Source: Syntrophomonadaceae bacterium (GTDB taxonomy: Bacteria > Bacillota > Syntrophomonadia > Syntrophomonadales > Syntrophomonadaceae). Taken from it: 31,921 nt of DNA. The translations under genes and the position numbers were made by a program. The stretch covers positions 1 to 31,921 of the forward strand of contig JAQUGU010000001.1 in the NCBI GenBank assembly GCA_028683995.1. Reading direction: 5' to 3'. Positions 8,342-17,781 of this stretch are shown here, piece by piece; positions within the stretch are counted from its first letter, which is position 1, and each line of letters opens with the position of its first letter. The notes below the pieces were generated by a model that saw only the letters and a program-made list of their open reading frames with translations, was not told the DNA's origin and searched no databases.

Positions 8342-10735
8342 TTACATAATCATTAAAGGATTAAGGTCAATTTCCACCCTGACCTGTTTATGCCAATCTT
8401 TACCTGCAATATGGGTTCCAATGCTATTTAATAATATCATATTTTCCGATTTAACCATAAGTTGATAACGCAGGCGATTCTTTATACGATATAACGGGCA
8501 GGGGGCTGGCCCCAGTATTACCATATGGTCTTCTTGGGCATCGGTAATTTCATTAATATATAACACTATCATATCAGCTACATCACGGGCAAGAGTTTCA
8601 TTAATGGAAACAACTACCACCCGCAATAAACTACTAAATGGCGGGTATTTTAGTAATCTGCGCCAGTTTATTTCTTCCTGGTAATATCCTCGGTAATCCT
8701 GATCAGCGGCCATTTGAATTATCGGGTTATCAGGGTTATAAGTCTGGATAATTACCTCCCCACTTACGGAACCACGTCCCGCCCTGCCGGCGGCTTGAAC
8801 CAGTAGTTGAAACCCCCTTTCTCCGGAACGAAAATCGGGAAGCGCTAGCATGGCATCGGCATCAAGTATACCCACCAGAGAAACCCCGGGGAAGTCCAGG
8901 CCCTTGGCCACCATCTGGGTGCCAATCAATAGGTCAATTTCCCCGTTTTTCATAGCCTCTAAAATTTGCCCCTGCTGCCCTTTGCGGCTGGAGCTATCCA
9001 GGTCCAGGCGAGCAACTCGTGAATGGTGAAATAACCGGTAAACTTCCTCTTCTACCCTCTGGGTACCATAACCTGACTGCTGTATATATCTGCTGCCGCA
9101 GGCTGGACAAGTATTTGGAATGACAGTGTTGAACCCACAATAATGGCACAGGTAATGATTCTGGTCTTTATGATAATTCAGCCCTACTGAGCAGTTGGGA
9201 CAGGTAAGGGTATGACCACAGCTTCTGCATATGGTAAATGGGGAGAAGCCGCGCCGGTTTAGAAATAATATGCATTGCTCGTTACTTTCCAGGGTATGGT
9301 GAATTTTTTCCTCCAGCAGGGGTGATATAATACTGCTTTGGCCTTTTTTTAGAGGTTTTCTCATGTCTTCGATAGTGACCAGAGGCATAGCAGCATCACC
9401 TGCCCGGTTGGAGATATCTAATCTCTGGCTGTGACCAATCTCACTGCCAAAAAAGGTCTCCACCGCTGGTGTGGCACTTCCGAGCAACAGCACGGCTGAG
9501 TTTCTTCGGGCTCTTTCGCGAGCAACCTCGCGGGCATGGTAACGCGGTTGCTGCTCCTGTTTATAAGTATATTCCTGTTCCTCATCAATAATTATTAATC
9601 CTATATCGGATAAGGGGGCAAAAATAGCGGAGCGGGTACCCATAACCAGGTCAACCTCTCCGTTTTTTATCTCTTTCCATTCCTGGTATCTTTCCCCGGG
9701 TGACATTCTGCTGTGCATAACTGCCATTGCCGGTATACGGGTTCTAAAGACTTCAAGCAAATGGCGGGTTAAGGCTATTTCCGGTACCAGTACTATGACT
9801 TTTTTACCCCGGGCTATACATTGCTGAGCGGCTCTGATATAAACCTCGGTTTTCCCACTGCCGGTCACTCCATAAAGTAGAAATTCACATTGTTCCTGTA
9901 GGTGTAATGATTTATCGATAGCTGCCAGTACCTGTTCTTGTTCTTGATTTAAAACCGGAATACTGGTTGGCCCAGTTTCAGCCTGGCGTTCTATTTTGAT
10001 ATATCCTTTACCCAGCAGTGATTTAATACTGGCGGCAGGTGCCAACTTATCAAGCTCTTTACAGGCAATAGCTGTTTGCTCCAGAAGAAGTTGTATGATT
10101 TCGGCCTGACGAGGGGCTTTGCGTTTTAACTTATCCAGGTCTCTTTCCACTATAAAGTCATTAAGTTTATAAAAATACTGTTCCCGGTTATCCCGGTAAT
10201 CAGTATAAACCCCGCTAATACATATCAGTCCTCTTTCTTCCAGGGTCTTTAAGTTCTCTGCATCTATGTAATTCAATGCTTTACGATATGAAATGTCCCC
10301 ATGGTCAAATAAATATTCCAATAGTTCTGCCTGGTTTTGGTTATCGTTTTCTTGGAGGCAGACAGAAAAGGACTCACTGGTTAAAAGGGAAATAACCCGG
10401 CGCCCGCTTTTTTTGGATAATTTCCCTGGTATCATGACATTGATAGCTACAGTTAGTGGGCACATGCAGCTTTCAGCCAACCAACGGGCCAGCTGGTAAA
10501 GCTCCGGATCCAGGACTGCCTCCCGGTCTAATATAGATAAGACTGGTTTGGTATCAACATCTGGAGGTAAAGCGTTGTCATCAATTATATAGCCTTCTAC
10601 TTTTCTCCTGCCCCATTCAACCAGCACCCGTTTACCGAAAGCCAGCTCATTTTCCAGCTCTTCGCTGATATGATATGTATAGTAGTTGTCCGCAGCTTTA
10701 ACCGGGATGTTTATTAAAACCGTCACAAATCGCAG
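8342..10735 (-). CDS. priA: Primosomal protein N' (replication restart helicase)
   Basis: GVTGSGKT, DEEQ, paired Cys knuckles and GTQMVAKGLDF. Start placed at CTG 10735 (see findings); the ORF track uses GTG 10726. Confidence 0.95.
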   Translation of the reverse strand: MRFVTVLINIPVKAADNYYTYHISEELENELAFGKRVLVEWGRRKVEGYIIDDNALPPDVDTKPVLSILDREAVLDPELYQLARWLAESCMCPLTVAINVMIPGKLSKKSGRRVISLLTSESFSVCLQENDNQNQAELLEYLFDHGDISYRKALNYIDAENLKTLEERGLICISGVYTDYRDNREQYFYKLNDFIVERDLDKLKRKAPRQAEIIQLLLEQTAIACKELDKLAPAASIKSLLGKGYIKIERQAETGPTSIPVLNQEQEQVLAAIDKSLHLQEQCEFLLYGVTGSGKTEVYIRAAQQCIARGKKVIVLVPEIALTRHLLEVFRTRIPAMAVMHSRMSPGERYQEWKEIKNGEVDLVMGTRSAIFAPLSDIGLIIIDEEQEYTYKQEQQPRYHAREVARERARRNSAVLLLGSATPAVETFFGSEIGHSQRLDISNRAGDAAMPLVTIEDMRKPLKKGQSSIISPLLEEKIHHTLESNEQCILFLNRRGFSPFTICRSCGHTLTCPNCSVGLNYHKDQNHYLCHYCGFNTVIPNTCPACGSRYIQQSGYGTQRVEEEVYRLFHHSRVARLDLDSSSRKGQQGQILEAMKNGEIDLLIGTQMVAKGLDFPGVSLVGILDADAMLALPDFRSGERGFQLLVQAAGRAGRGSVSGEVIIQTYNPDNPIIQMAADQDYRGYYQEEINWRRLLKYPPFSSLLRVVVVSINETLARDVADMIVLYINEITDAQEDHMVILGPAPCPLYRIKNRLRYQLMVKSENMILLNSIGTHIAGKDWHKQVRVEIDLNPLMIM

Positions 10736-10777
10736 CTTCTGCCCCTCCCTTTATACAACTTACCCATATAATAACAT

Positions 10778-10800
10778 AAGGCGGGAGATACCCGCCTTTT
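10778..10800. terminator. Hairpin between metK and priA, probable intrinsic terminator
   Basis: Perfect 8-bp stem AAGGCGGG-AGATA-CCCGCCTT. The minus-strand tail TATGTTATT is only moderately U-rich. Confidence 0.6.
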
Positions 10801-10856
10801 AACAATGTTTTAATTGTTTCACCATTCGATATGCTACCAAAGGTTAGTGCTCGGCC

Positions 10857-10882
10857 GGGCAGACACATACGTCTGCCCCTAC
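10857..10882 (-). repeat. Single REP arm (CAGAC type)
   Basis: GTAGGGGCAGACGTATGTGTCTGCCC. The inner flank TCGGCC matches 25819-25824. Confidence 0.85.
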
Positions 10883-10885
10883 ACC

Positions 10886-10939
10886 TTAATCCTAATTGAT
10901 TCGGCGTAATTCCCTATAATAATCCGCGTATTCCGCGTC
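10886..10939 (+). repeat. CCGCG-family repeat, copy A
   Basis: TTAATCCTAATTGATTCGGCGTAATTCCCTATAATAATCCGCGTATTCCGCGTC. By manual alignment 43/54 positions match the reverse complement of 17560-17612. Confidence 0.75.
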
Positions 10940-10944
10940 AAAAA

Positions 10945-12135
10945 CTACAGCCCTGCTTGTTTCCTCAGATCTTCCGCCCGGTCAGTTTTTTCCCAGGTGA
11001 AATCGGGGTCGGGGCGACCAAAATGTCCGTAACTGGCAGTTTTCTTATATATGGGCCTTCTTAAGTCCAGGTCTCTAATGATTGCCGCCGGACGTAAATC
11101 GAAGTTCCTGGTTATTAATTCAACAATTTTTTCCTCGCTAATCTTCCCGGTGCCAAAAGTATCCACCGCAATGGATACTGGCTGGGCTACGCCAATGGCA
11201 TAAGCTACCTGAATTTCACAGCGGTCGGCAATACCGGCAGCTACGATGTTTTTGGCTACATAGCGGGCGGCATAACAGGCTGAGCGGTCCACTTTAGTTG
11301 GGTCTTTGCCGGAGAATGCTCCCCCACCATGCCGGGCCATACCTCCATATGTATCAACAATAATTTTCCTACCGGTTAATCCGCAGTCCCCCTGAGGTCC
11401 TCCCACTACAAAGCGACCGGTTGGATTAATAAAAAAGCGGGTTGCATCATCCAGCATATTTTCAGGAACGCTGGCCTTTATAACCTGTTCGATTATATCC
11501 CCCTCCAGAGTCTCTCGTTCAACATCAGGGTGGTGCTGGGTGGAAACAACTACCGTGTCAATTCTTACTGGTTTATTGTCCTCATATTCAATCGTAACCT
11601 GGGTCTTACCATCAGGACGAAGATAATCCAGGGTTCCATTCTTACGCACTTCAGTCAGGCGTTGGGCCATTTTATGGGCCAGGTATATGGGCATAGGCAT
11701 CAAATCCTCAGTTTCGTTGCTGGCATAGCCGAACATCATACCCTGGTCACCAGCTCCGATAGCCTCCACTTCAGCTTCGGACATTTCCCCTCTTTTTGCT
11801 TCATAAGCCTTATTTACACCCATAGCTATATCACCGGATTGTTCATCCAGTGAGGTAATTACAGCACAAGTTTCACAGTCAAAACCATATTTTGCTCTGG
11901 TGTATCCAATATCTTTTATGGTATTACGAACTAGTCGAGGTATATCTACATAGCAATCAGTAGTAATTTCACCAGAAACCAGAACTAAACCGGTTGTCAC
12001 CATAGTTTCACATGCTACTCTGCCCATTGGGTCTTGCCCCAGTATTGCATCCAGTACCGAATCAGAAATCTGATCGGCAATCTTATCCGGATGGCCTTCA
12101 GTAACTGATTCCGATGTAAACAATCTTCTTGGCAT
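10945..12135 (-). CDS. metK: S-adenosylmethionine synthetase
   Basis: [33 protein letters not shown] and GGGAFSGKD. Confidence 0.98.
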   Translation of the reverse strand: MPRRLFTSESVTEGHPDKIADQISDSVLDAILGQDPMGRVACETMVTTGLVLVSGEITTDCYVDIPRLVRNTIKDIGYTRAKYGFDCETCAVITSLDEQSGDIAMGVNKAYEAKRGEMSEAEVEAIGAGDQGMMFGYASNETEDLMPMPIYLAHKMAQRLTEVRKNGTLDYLRPDGKTQVTIEYEDNKPVRIDTVVVSTQHHPDVERETLEGDIIEQVIKASVPENMLDDATRFFINPTGRFVVGGPQGDCGLTGRKIIVDTYGGMARHGGGAFSGKDPTKVDRSACYAARYVAKNIVAAGIADRCEIQVAYAIGVAQPVSIAVDTFGTGKISEEKIVELITRNFDLRPAAIIRDLDLRRPIYKKTASYGHFGRPDPDFTWEKTDRAEDLRKQAGL

Positions 12136-12158
12136 TTCCTCAACCCCCTATAATCGTA

Positions 12159-13355
12159 TTACAACAGTTTAACTACTTTATCCAGTATGGCAGTTGCCAC
12201 GTCTTGCTTGCTCATTTTGGGCAGCGATTGTATTTCGCCATCACGGCTAATAAATGTAACTATATTAGTATCACTGGAGAAACCAGCACCTTCCATGGTT
12301 ACATCATTGGCCACAATGAAGTCCAGGTTTTTTGTTTCCAGCTTCTTTTTAGCATTGGCTACTATATTTTCAGTTTCGGCAGCAAAGCCGACCATAACTT
12401 GACGAGGCTTTTTGTTTTTACCCAATGTTTTTAAAATATCTGGTGTACCCACCAGGGTTAAAACCAGTTCCTCGGAAGCATCGTTAGCCTTCTTCATTTT
12501 TTGCTCAGCCATCGCCTTAATTCGGAAATCTCCTACCGCTGCAGCTCCGATAATAATATCGCAAGCAGGTTGGTATTTCTGCATAACCTCACACATTTCC
12601 TCGGCACCCCATACCGGTACAAATTTTACTTCCGGTGGCGGTTCCAGGGGGGATTTTCCGCATACCAGTATTACATCAGCACCCCGGGCTGCTGCATCCT
12701 GGGCAATGGCAAAACCCATTTTTCCAGTACTGCGGTTGGCAATAAATCTTACCGGGTCAATATCTTCGCAGGTAGTACCGGCATTTACCATCAATCGTTT
12801 ACCTGATAAATCTTGCCGTGGGCATAACAACTTCTTAATTTCTGCGTATATATGGTCTATTTCCGGTAACCTTCCCTGACCACTTACACCACAGGCCAGA
12901 TCTCCGCTGTCCGGATCCATAACCGTATAACCATAGTCTTTTATCTTTTTAAGGTTATCTTGAACTGCCTGGTTCTTATACATATTATGATTCATAGCGG
13001 GAACTACCAGCAAAGGAGCAGTATTAGCCAGAACAATGGTAGAGAGAAGATCATCAGCCAGGCCATGGGCTACTTTAGCGATAAAGTTGGCGGTAGCCGG
13101 TGCTATAACTAGTAAATCAAGCTGTTCTGCAGCCCCAATATGCTGTACTTTCCACTCTCTCGAATCATCCCATAAGTCCACCAGTACTTCGCGCCCGGAA
13201 AGAGTTCTAAATGTCAGTGGAGTAATAAATTCTGTTGCTGCTTCGGTCATTATAACTATGACATCTATATCCTCTTTCTTGAGTTTACTAACCAGTTCAG
13301 CAATCTTATATGCAGCTATACCTCCGGTTACACCTATACCAACAGTTTTCGGCAT
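12159..13355 (-). CDS. coaBC: Bifunctional phosphopantothenoylcysteine decarboxylase / ligase
   Basis: GVTGGIAAYK, APATAN, PAMNHNM, DPVRFIANRSTGKMG and GFAAET. Confidence 0.96.
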   Translation of the reverse strand: MPKTVGIGVTGGIAAYKIAELVSKLKKEDIDVIVIMTEAATEFITPLTFRTLSGREVLVDLWDDSREWKVQHIGAAEQLDLLVIAPATANFIAKVAHGLADDLLSTIVLANTAPLLVVPAMNHNMYKNQAVQDNLKKIKDYGYTVMDPDSGDLACGVSGQGRLPEIDHIYAEIKKLLCPRQDLSGKRLMVNAGTTCEDIDPVRFIANRSTGKMGFAIAQDAAARGADVILVCGKSPLEPPPEVKFVPVWGAEEMCEVMQKYQPACDIIIGAAAVGDFRIKAMAEQKMKKANDASEELVLTLVGTPDILKTLGKNKKPRQVMVGFAAETENIVANAKKKLETKNLDFIVANDVTMEGAGFSSDTNIVTFISRDGEIQSLPKMSKQDVATAILDKVVKLL

Positions 13356-13358
13356 ATT

Positions 13359-13574
13359 TTAATCCTCCTTTGCCTGACTGTCTTCATTCTCCGGAATTGT
13401 AATCTTACCGTTCATAATCTCTTCTAAAGCAGTCGTTACAACTGTTGAAAGTCTATAATTCTCGTTATTCTTGCTTTCTTCCGATAACATCCTGGCTCGC
13501 CGGGCAACTGCCACCACCACAGCATACTTGCTATGTGCTACTCCCATTAGGTCCTTGGTTGAAGGAGGAATCAA
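13359..13574 (-). CDS. rpoZ: RNA polymerase omega subunit
   Basis: SKYAVVVAVARRAR and VTTALEEI. Canonical position between gmk and coaBC. Confidence 0.9.
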   Translation of the reverse strand: MIPPSTKDLMGVAHSKYAVVVAVARRARMLSEESKNNENYRLSTVVTTALEEIMNGKITIPENEDSQAKED

Positions 13575-14169
13575 TCATATCACGCTCCAAATTAAAATTC
13601 TTAACCTTACAACGCTCTGCAGTAATGATTGCACAAACTGTATCCACTGCAGTTTTTAACTCATGGTTTAACACCATGTAATCATAATGCCTCACTTGCT
13701 CCATTTCCCACTTGCAGGCAGCTAAACGCAATTTAATACTTTGCGGCGTATCTTTTCCACGAGTCGCCAAACGCAAAGACAGTTCTTCCATACTGGGGGG
13801 AGCAATAAAAATAAATGCGCCTTCCGGTTTTCTTGCTTTTACCTGAAAAGCACCCTGGATATCAATTTCCAGTATTACATCCTGCCCCCGGGTCAGTTTT
13901 TCCTCTACAAACTGTCGGGGAGTACCATACATATTGTTATAGACATTAGCCCATTCCAGCAGTTCATCATTATCAATCAACTGGCGGAATTGGTCCTCAT
14001 CCACAAAAAAGTAATCCCTGCCATCAGTTTCTCCACTGCGTGGTTCCCTGGTGGTGGCTGAAATCGATACTTCCATATCAGTGATTTTGGCTAATACCGC
14101 GTCTTTTATGGTCCCTTTCCCAACTCCTGATGGACCTGATATTATGAAAAGAATACCTTTCCTGGTCAC
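13531..14169 (-). CDS. gmk: Guanylate kinase
   Basis: SGPSGVGKGT, TTREPRSGETDGRDYFF and YGTP. Overlaps rpoZ by 44 nt. Confidence 0.96.
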   Translation of the reverse strand: MTRKGILFIISGPSGVGKGTIKDAVLAKITDMEVSISATTREPRSGETDGRDYFFVDEDQFRQLIDNDELLEWANVYNNMYGTPRQFVEEKLTRGQDVILEIDIQGAFQVKARKPEGAFIFIAPPSMEELSLRLATRGKDTPQSIKLRLAACKWEMEQVRHYDYMVLNHELKTAVDTVCAIITAERCKVKNFNLERDMIDSSFNQGPNGSST

Positions 14170-14189
14170 CTTATTACCAGCTTTCGTAA

Positions 14190-14450
14190 TTAGACATCTT
14201 CATTGCTGTCTTTGGATGTTAAACGATTGGCCACGGTTTCGGGCTGAACTGCAGACAGAATAACGTGGGCACTATCAGATATGATAACCGCCCGGGTTCT
14301 GCGACCATAAGTGGCATCTATTAGCACCCCTTTTTCTCTGGCTTCCTGAATAATTCTCTTTATGGGTGCCGATTCTGGACTGACAATAGCTACGATCCTG
14401 TTAGCGGCAACAATATTACCAAAACCGATATTTACTAATTTAATATCCAT
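14190..14450 (-). CDS. remA: RemA / DUF370 family protein
   Basis: [34 protein letters not shown] and LSAVQPETV. Confidence 0.93.
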   Translation of the reverse strand: MDIKLVNIGFGNIVAANRIVAIVSPESAPIKRIIQEAREKGVLIDATYGRRTRAVIISDSAHVILSAVQPETVANRLTSKDSNEDV

Positions 14451-14482
14451 AAAAATCCCGGATTAACCGGATTCACCTCCTG

Positions 14483-15361
14483 CTATTCGATATTTTGTAA
14501 TTGCTCTCTGATTTTCTCCAACTCCGCTTTGACCTCTACAACTGTGCGATTCATCTCCAAATCATTGGCTTTGGAGGCTATAGTATTAATTTCACGAAAC
14601 ATCTCCTGCACCAGAAAGTCGGCTTTTCGCCCTACGGCATCTTCTGCGTGCATTAATTCTTCCAGGTGCTGGCTATGGCTTTTAAGTCTAACAATTTCTT
14701 CGGTAATGTTAGATTTTTCAGCGAAAATGGCAATTTCCTGTAAAAGCCTTTGCTGGTCTTCCAAATCCTGTTCCATAAACTCGGAGATACGTGTACGCAG
14801 GCGCTCACCATGTTCCAAACTGACCTGAGGTGAACGGGTTTCCAACTGTTCAACCATCTTCAGTATTACCCTGTTCCTGGTTCGGATATCTTCAGCCAGG
14901 TTAAGTCCTTCCTTCACCCGCATATCCACGAGACAGTCCATAGCCACATCCAGGGATTGCCTTAGAACCGCCCAGACTACCTCCATATCCTCTTCTTCAT
15001 CTTCCAAACTGAATACCTCGGGTAAACGGAAAAGGTCAATTATGCGGATTTCCTGTGAAATATTTAGTTTTTCTGCTAATTCTTTCAAGTAGTTATAATA
15101 AGCTATAGCTAAATCTTTGTCAACCTTGATATTTCTCTTTGATTCTCCGCTTTTCTCAATATTTATGTTGATTTCCAGCCGGCCCCGGCTGACATACTTT
15201 CTCAATTCCTCCTTAATACGGTCTTCCAGTAAACTGTAGCGCCTGGATATGCGTATAAAAGGGTCAAAATAGCGGTGGTTAACTCCTTTGATTTCACAAT
15301 TAACCGTATAACCGCAATCATTAGTTTGACCCCGGCCAAAGCCAGTCATGCTTCTTACCAT
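14483..15361 (-). CDS. yicC: YicC/YloC family endoribonuclease
   Basis: SMTGFG, VNHRY, ITEEIVRL and GRKADFLVQEMFREINTIASK. Confidence 0.93.
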   Translation of the reverse strand: MVRSMTGFGRGQTNDCGYTVNCEIKGVNHRYFDPFIRISRRYSLLEDRIKEELRKYVSRGRLEININIEKSGESKRNIKVDKDLAIAYYNYLKELAEKLNISQEIRIIDLFRLPEVFSLEDEEEDMEVVWAVLRQSLDVAMDCLVDMRVKEGLNLAEDIRTRNRVILKMVEQLETRSPQVSLEHGERLRTRISEFMEQDLEDQQRLLQEIAIFAEKSNITEEIVRLKSHSQHLEELMHAEDAVGRKADFLVQEMFREINTIASKANDLEMNRTVVEVKAELEKIREQLQNIE

Positions 15362-15365
15362 TCGT

Positions 15366-16538
15366 TTACAACTCTACCTTTCCCAGCGCTTTTTCCAACC
15401 GGTCAAACGCTTCATCAATTCTTGATTTATCAACTGTCAAAGCAATTCTAAAATACCCTTCACCATACTGACCATAACCATTACCGGGAGTAATAATAAC
15501 CCCGGCTTTTTCCAGTACCAGTTCTGCAAATGATGCCGAGGTAAAGCCACGAGGTACCGGAACCCAGAAATAGAAACTGGCCTGGGGTGGTTTAACCTGC
15601 CAACCCAGACGGGCCAGGCCGCGAGCACAGGCGTCTCTTCTTTCTTCATATAATGCCTGCATTTTTTCTATACTGTCCTGGGGGCCGTTCAGAGCTTCGA
15701 TACCTGCATATTGAATAGCCTGAAAAACTCCAGAATCAATATTGGATTTGAATCGTCCCAGGACTTCTATAGCAGCCTTATTGCCTGCCGCCCAGCCCAG
15801 GCGCCATCCGGTCATATTATAAGTTTTGGATAAGGAGTGGAATTCAATACCTACATCTTTGGCTCCCTCGATCTGGAGAAAACTTACCGGTTTAATCCCA
15901 TCAAAGGCTACTTCGGTATAGGGGGCATCATGACAGACCAGGATATCATAACTCTTCGCAAACTCGACTACTTTTTCAAAAAAGTCTAACCCGGCAACTG
16001 CACCGGTGGGATTATTGGGATAATTTATAAACATAATTTTAGCCTTTTGGGCAATAACAGATGGTATATCTTCCAATACCGGCAGGAACCCGTTTTCCTC
16101 CTTAAGCGGCATTATGTACTGCTCTCCACCGGCCAGCAAGGTACCAATTCCATATACCGGATAGCCTGGATCGGGCACCAGGTTGACATCACCCTGATCT
16201 AAATAAGCGGAGGAAATATGGGCTATTCCTTCTTTGGAGCCGAGCAGGGAAACTACCTCGCTCTTAGGATCCAGATTTACCCCAAAACGTTTTTTGTACC
16301 AATCCGCAACTGCCTGACGGAACTCAAGTAAACCAACTGAAGTGGGATACTGGTGGTTGGATGTATCATAAATGCTCGTTGCCATGCGGTCAATAATATG
16401 ACGGGGGGTAGGTTGATCCGGATCGCCTATACCCAGGTTTATTATATCTATACCTTTTTCTTTAGCTTCAGCAATCTTTTGTTCAATACGAGCAAATAAA
16501 TATGGGGGTAATTTTTGCATAGCCTTGTTTTCCTTCAT
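15366..16538 (-). CDS. dapL: LL-diaminopimelate aminotransferase (PLP class I/II)
   Basis: [14 protein letters not shown] and [14 protein letters not shown] (PLP Lys). Immediately downstream of dapF. Confidence 0.85.
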   Translation of the reverse strand: MKENKAMQKLPPYLFARIEQKIAEAKEKGIDIINLGIGDPDQPTPRHIIDRMATSIYDTSNHQYPTSVGLLEFRQAVADWYKKRFGVNLDPKSEVVSLLGSKEGIAHISSAYLDQGDVNLVPDPGYPVYGIGTLLAGGEQYIMPLKEENGFLPVLEDIPSVIAQKAKIMFINYPNNPTGAVAGLDFFEKVVEFAKSYDILVCHDAPYTEVAFDGIKPVSFLQIEGAKDVGIEFHSLSKTYNMTGWRLGWAAGNKAAIEVLGRFKSNIDSGVFQAIQYAGIEALNGPQDSIEKMQALYEERRDACARGLARLGWQVKPPQASFYFWVPVPRGFTSASFAELVLEKAGVIITPGNGYGQYGEGYFRIALTVDKSRIDEAFDRLEKALGKVEL

Positions 16539-16627
16539 CCTAAAACCTCCTGCAGATATAATAGTAAGAGGGATTACCTGGTCCCCTGGCTTTTTGTTTT
16601 ACATAGATTCTCGTGTGGTAACATGAC

Positions 16628-16653
16628 GGAACGGCACAGGGGCCGTTCCCTAC
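16628..16653 (-). repeat. Variant single REP arm
   Basis: GTAGGGAACGGCCCCTGTGCCGTTCC: GTAG head plus an 8-bp stem (GGAACGGC/GCCGTTCC). The architecture matches the other REPs but the stem sequence differs. Confidence 0.75.
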
Positions 16654-16686
16654 ATATGACGGTTCTATTTTAGAATTAAGCATTAT

Positions 16687-17535
16687 TCATAAGACAACTA
16701 CGTTGTTTGAAACTGTCCCGGTAAATACCTCTACCGCCGGGCCGGTCATGTAGACGTGGTTATCTGTTTTTGACCACTCTATGAGTAAGTCCCCGCCGGG
16801 TAAGTGTACCGTGGCTTTGCGACCAGTTTTATTATTAAGGACGGAGGCCACCAGGCTGGCACAGGCACCTGTACCACAGGCCAGGGTTAAGCCGGTCCCT
16901 CTTTCCCATACTGACATACTTATTTCTTCACTATTCAGTACCTGAACAAATTCCACATTGGTCCGGGCGGGAAACATTTCCTGGACTTCCAATAATGGCC
17001 CCCAGATACTAACGGGGGTCTTGTCCACCTCATCTACAAAAATAATGCAGTGAGGGTTTCCCATTGATACCGCCGTAGCTACAAACTCCTGATTATTTAC
17101 CTTTAGCCTCAGGCCAATATTGCTTCCTTCCCCTTTTACGGGAATGCTTTCTCTTTTTAATTCTGGTTCACCCATATCCACTTGAATTGCTTCCACCTGC
17201 TGGTTCTCAATTATAACTTCGGGATACCTGGGTCCGGCCAGAGTTCTTACCCTGATTCGGTTTGTTTTTACCAGGCCATGATCATGGGCATAGCGTGCTA
17301 CACAACGAATCCCATTACCACACATTTCTGGTTCAGAACCATCGGGATTAAAAATGCGCATAAATATATCCATTTCCTCATCCGGTCCGGTAATGATTAA
17401 TCCATCAGCACCGACCCCAAAATTACGATGACAGAGAAAGCTGGCGTAAATTTGATAATGGCTGGCTTCTTCCCATGAAGGGGCTTCTATTATAATAAAA
17501 TCATTGCCCAATCCGTGCATTTTGGTAAATTCCAT
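16687..17535 (-). CDS. dapF: Diaminopimelate epimerase
   Basis: FTKMHGLGNDF, EMCGNGIRC, SMGNPH and TLACGTGACA. ATG 17535 follows SD GGAGGT. Confidence 0.96.
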   Translation of the reverse strand: MEFTKMHGLGNDFIIIEAPSWEEASHYQIYASFLCHRNFGVGADGLIITGPDEEMDIFMRIFNPDGSEPEMCGNGIRCVARYAHDHGLVKTNRIRVRTLAGPRYPEVIIENQQVEAIQVDMGEPELKRESIPVKGEGSNIGLRLKVNNQEFVATAVSMGNPHCIIFVDEVDKTPVSIWGPLLEVQEMFPARTNVEFVQVLNSEEISMSVWERGTGLTLACGTGACASLVASVLNNKTGRKATVHLPGGDLLIEWSKTDNHVYMTGPAVEVFTGTVSNNVVVL

Positions 17536-17559
17536 AACCAAACCTCCGGGGTATAATTA

Positions 17560-17612
17560 GACGCGGAAACCGCGGAATCTTCAGGGAACTACGCGGATTC
17601 ATTTAAGATTAA
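17560..17612 (-). repeat. CCGCG-family repeat, copy B
   Basis: Reverse complement is TTAATCTTAAATGAATCCGCGTAGTTCCCTGAAGATTCCGCGGTTTCCGCGTC. Confidence 0.75.
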
Positions 17613-17677
17613 TATAAAATGCAATACATAGCAACAAATTGTGATCCAACACTCTGATTCATCCTTACCTGATTAAT

Positions 17678-17706
17678 ATTATATATCGCGACTAAGTGCC
17701 TGGTAA
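17678..17706 (-). promoter_or_regulatory. Putative sigma-A promoter for dapF-dapL and downstream genes
   Basis: TTACCA-N17-TATAAT on the minus strand. Confidence 0.5.
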
Positions 17707-17781
17707 CATTGTAGTATCCGTATCTTAATCGCGACTTACGGGAGCAAGGGTGAATAGTGCCCTTTCCTGATCTGTTTATTA

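Noticed and set aside
16567-16600. Hairpin plus T-run upstream of dapL
   Set aside because: The stem is weak and mismatched, and the T-run is on the non-transcribed strand.
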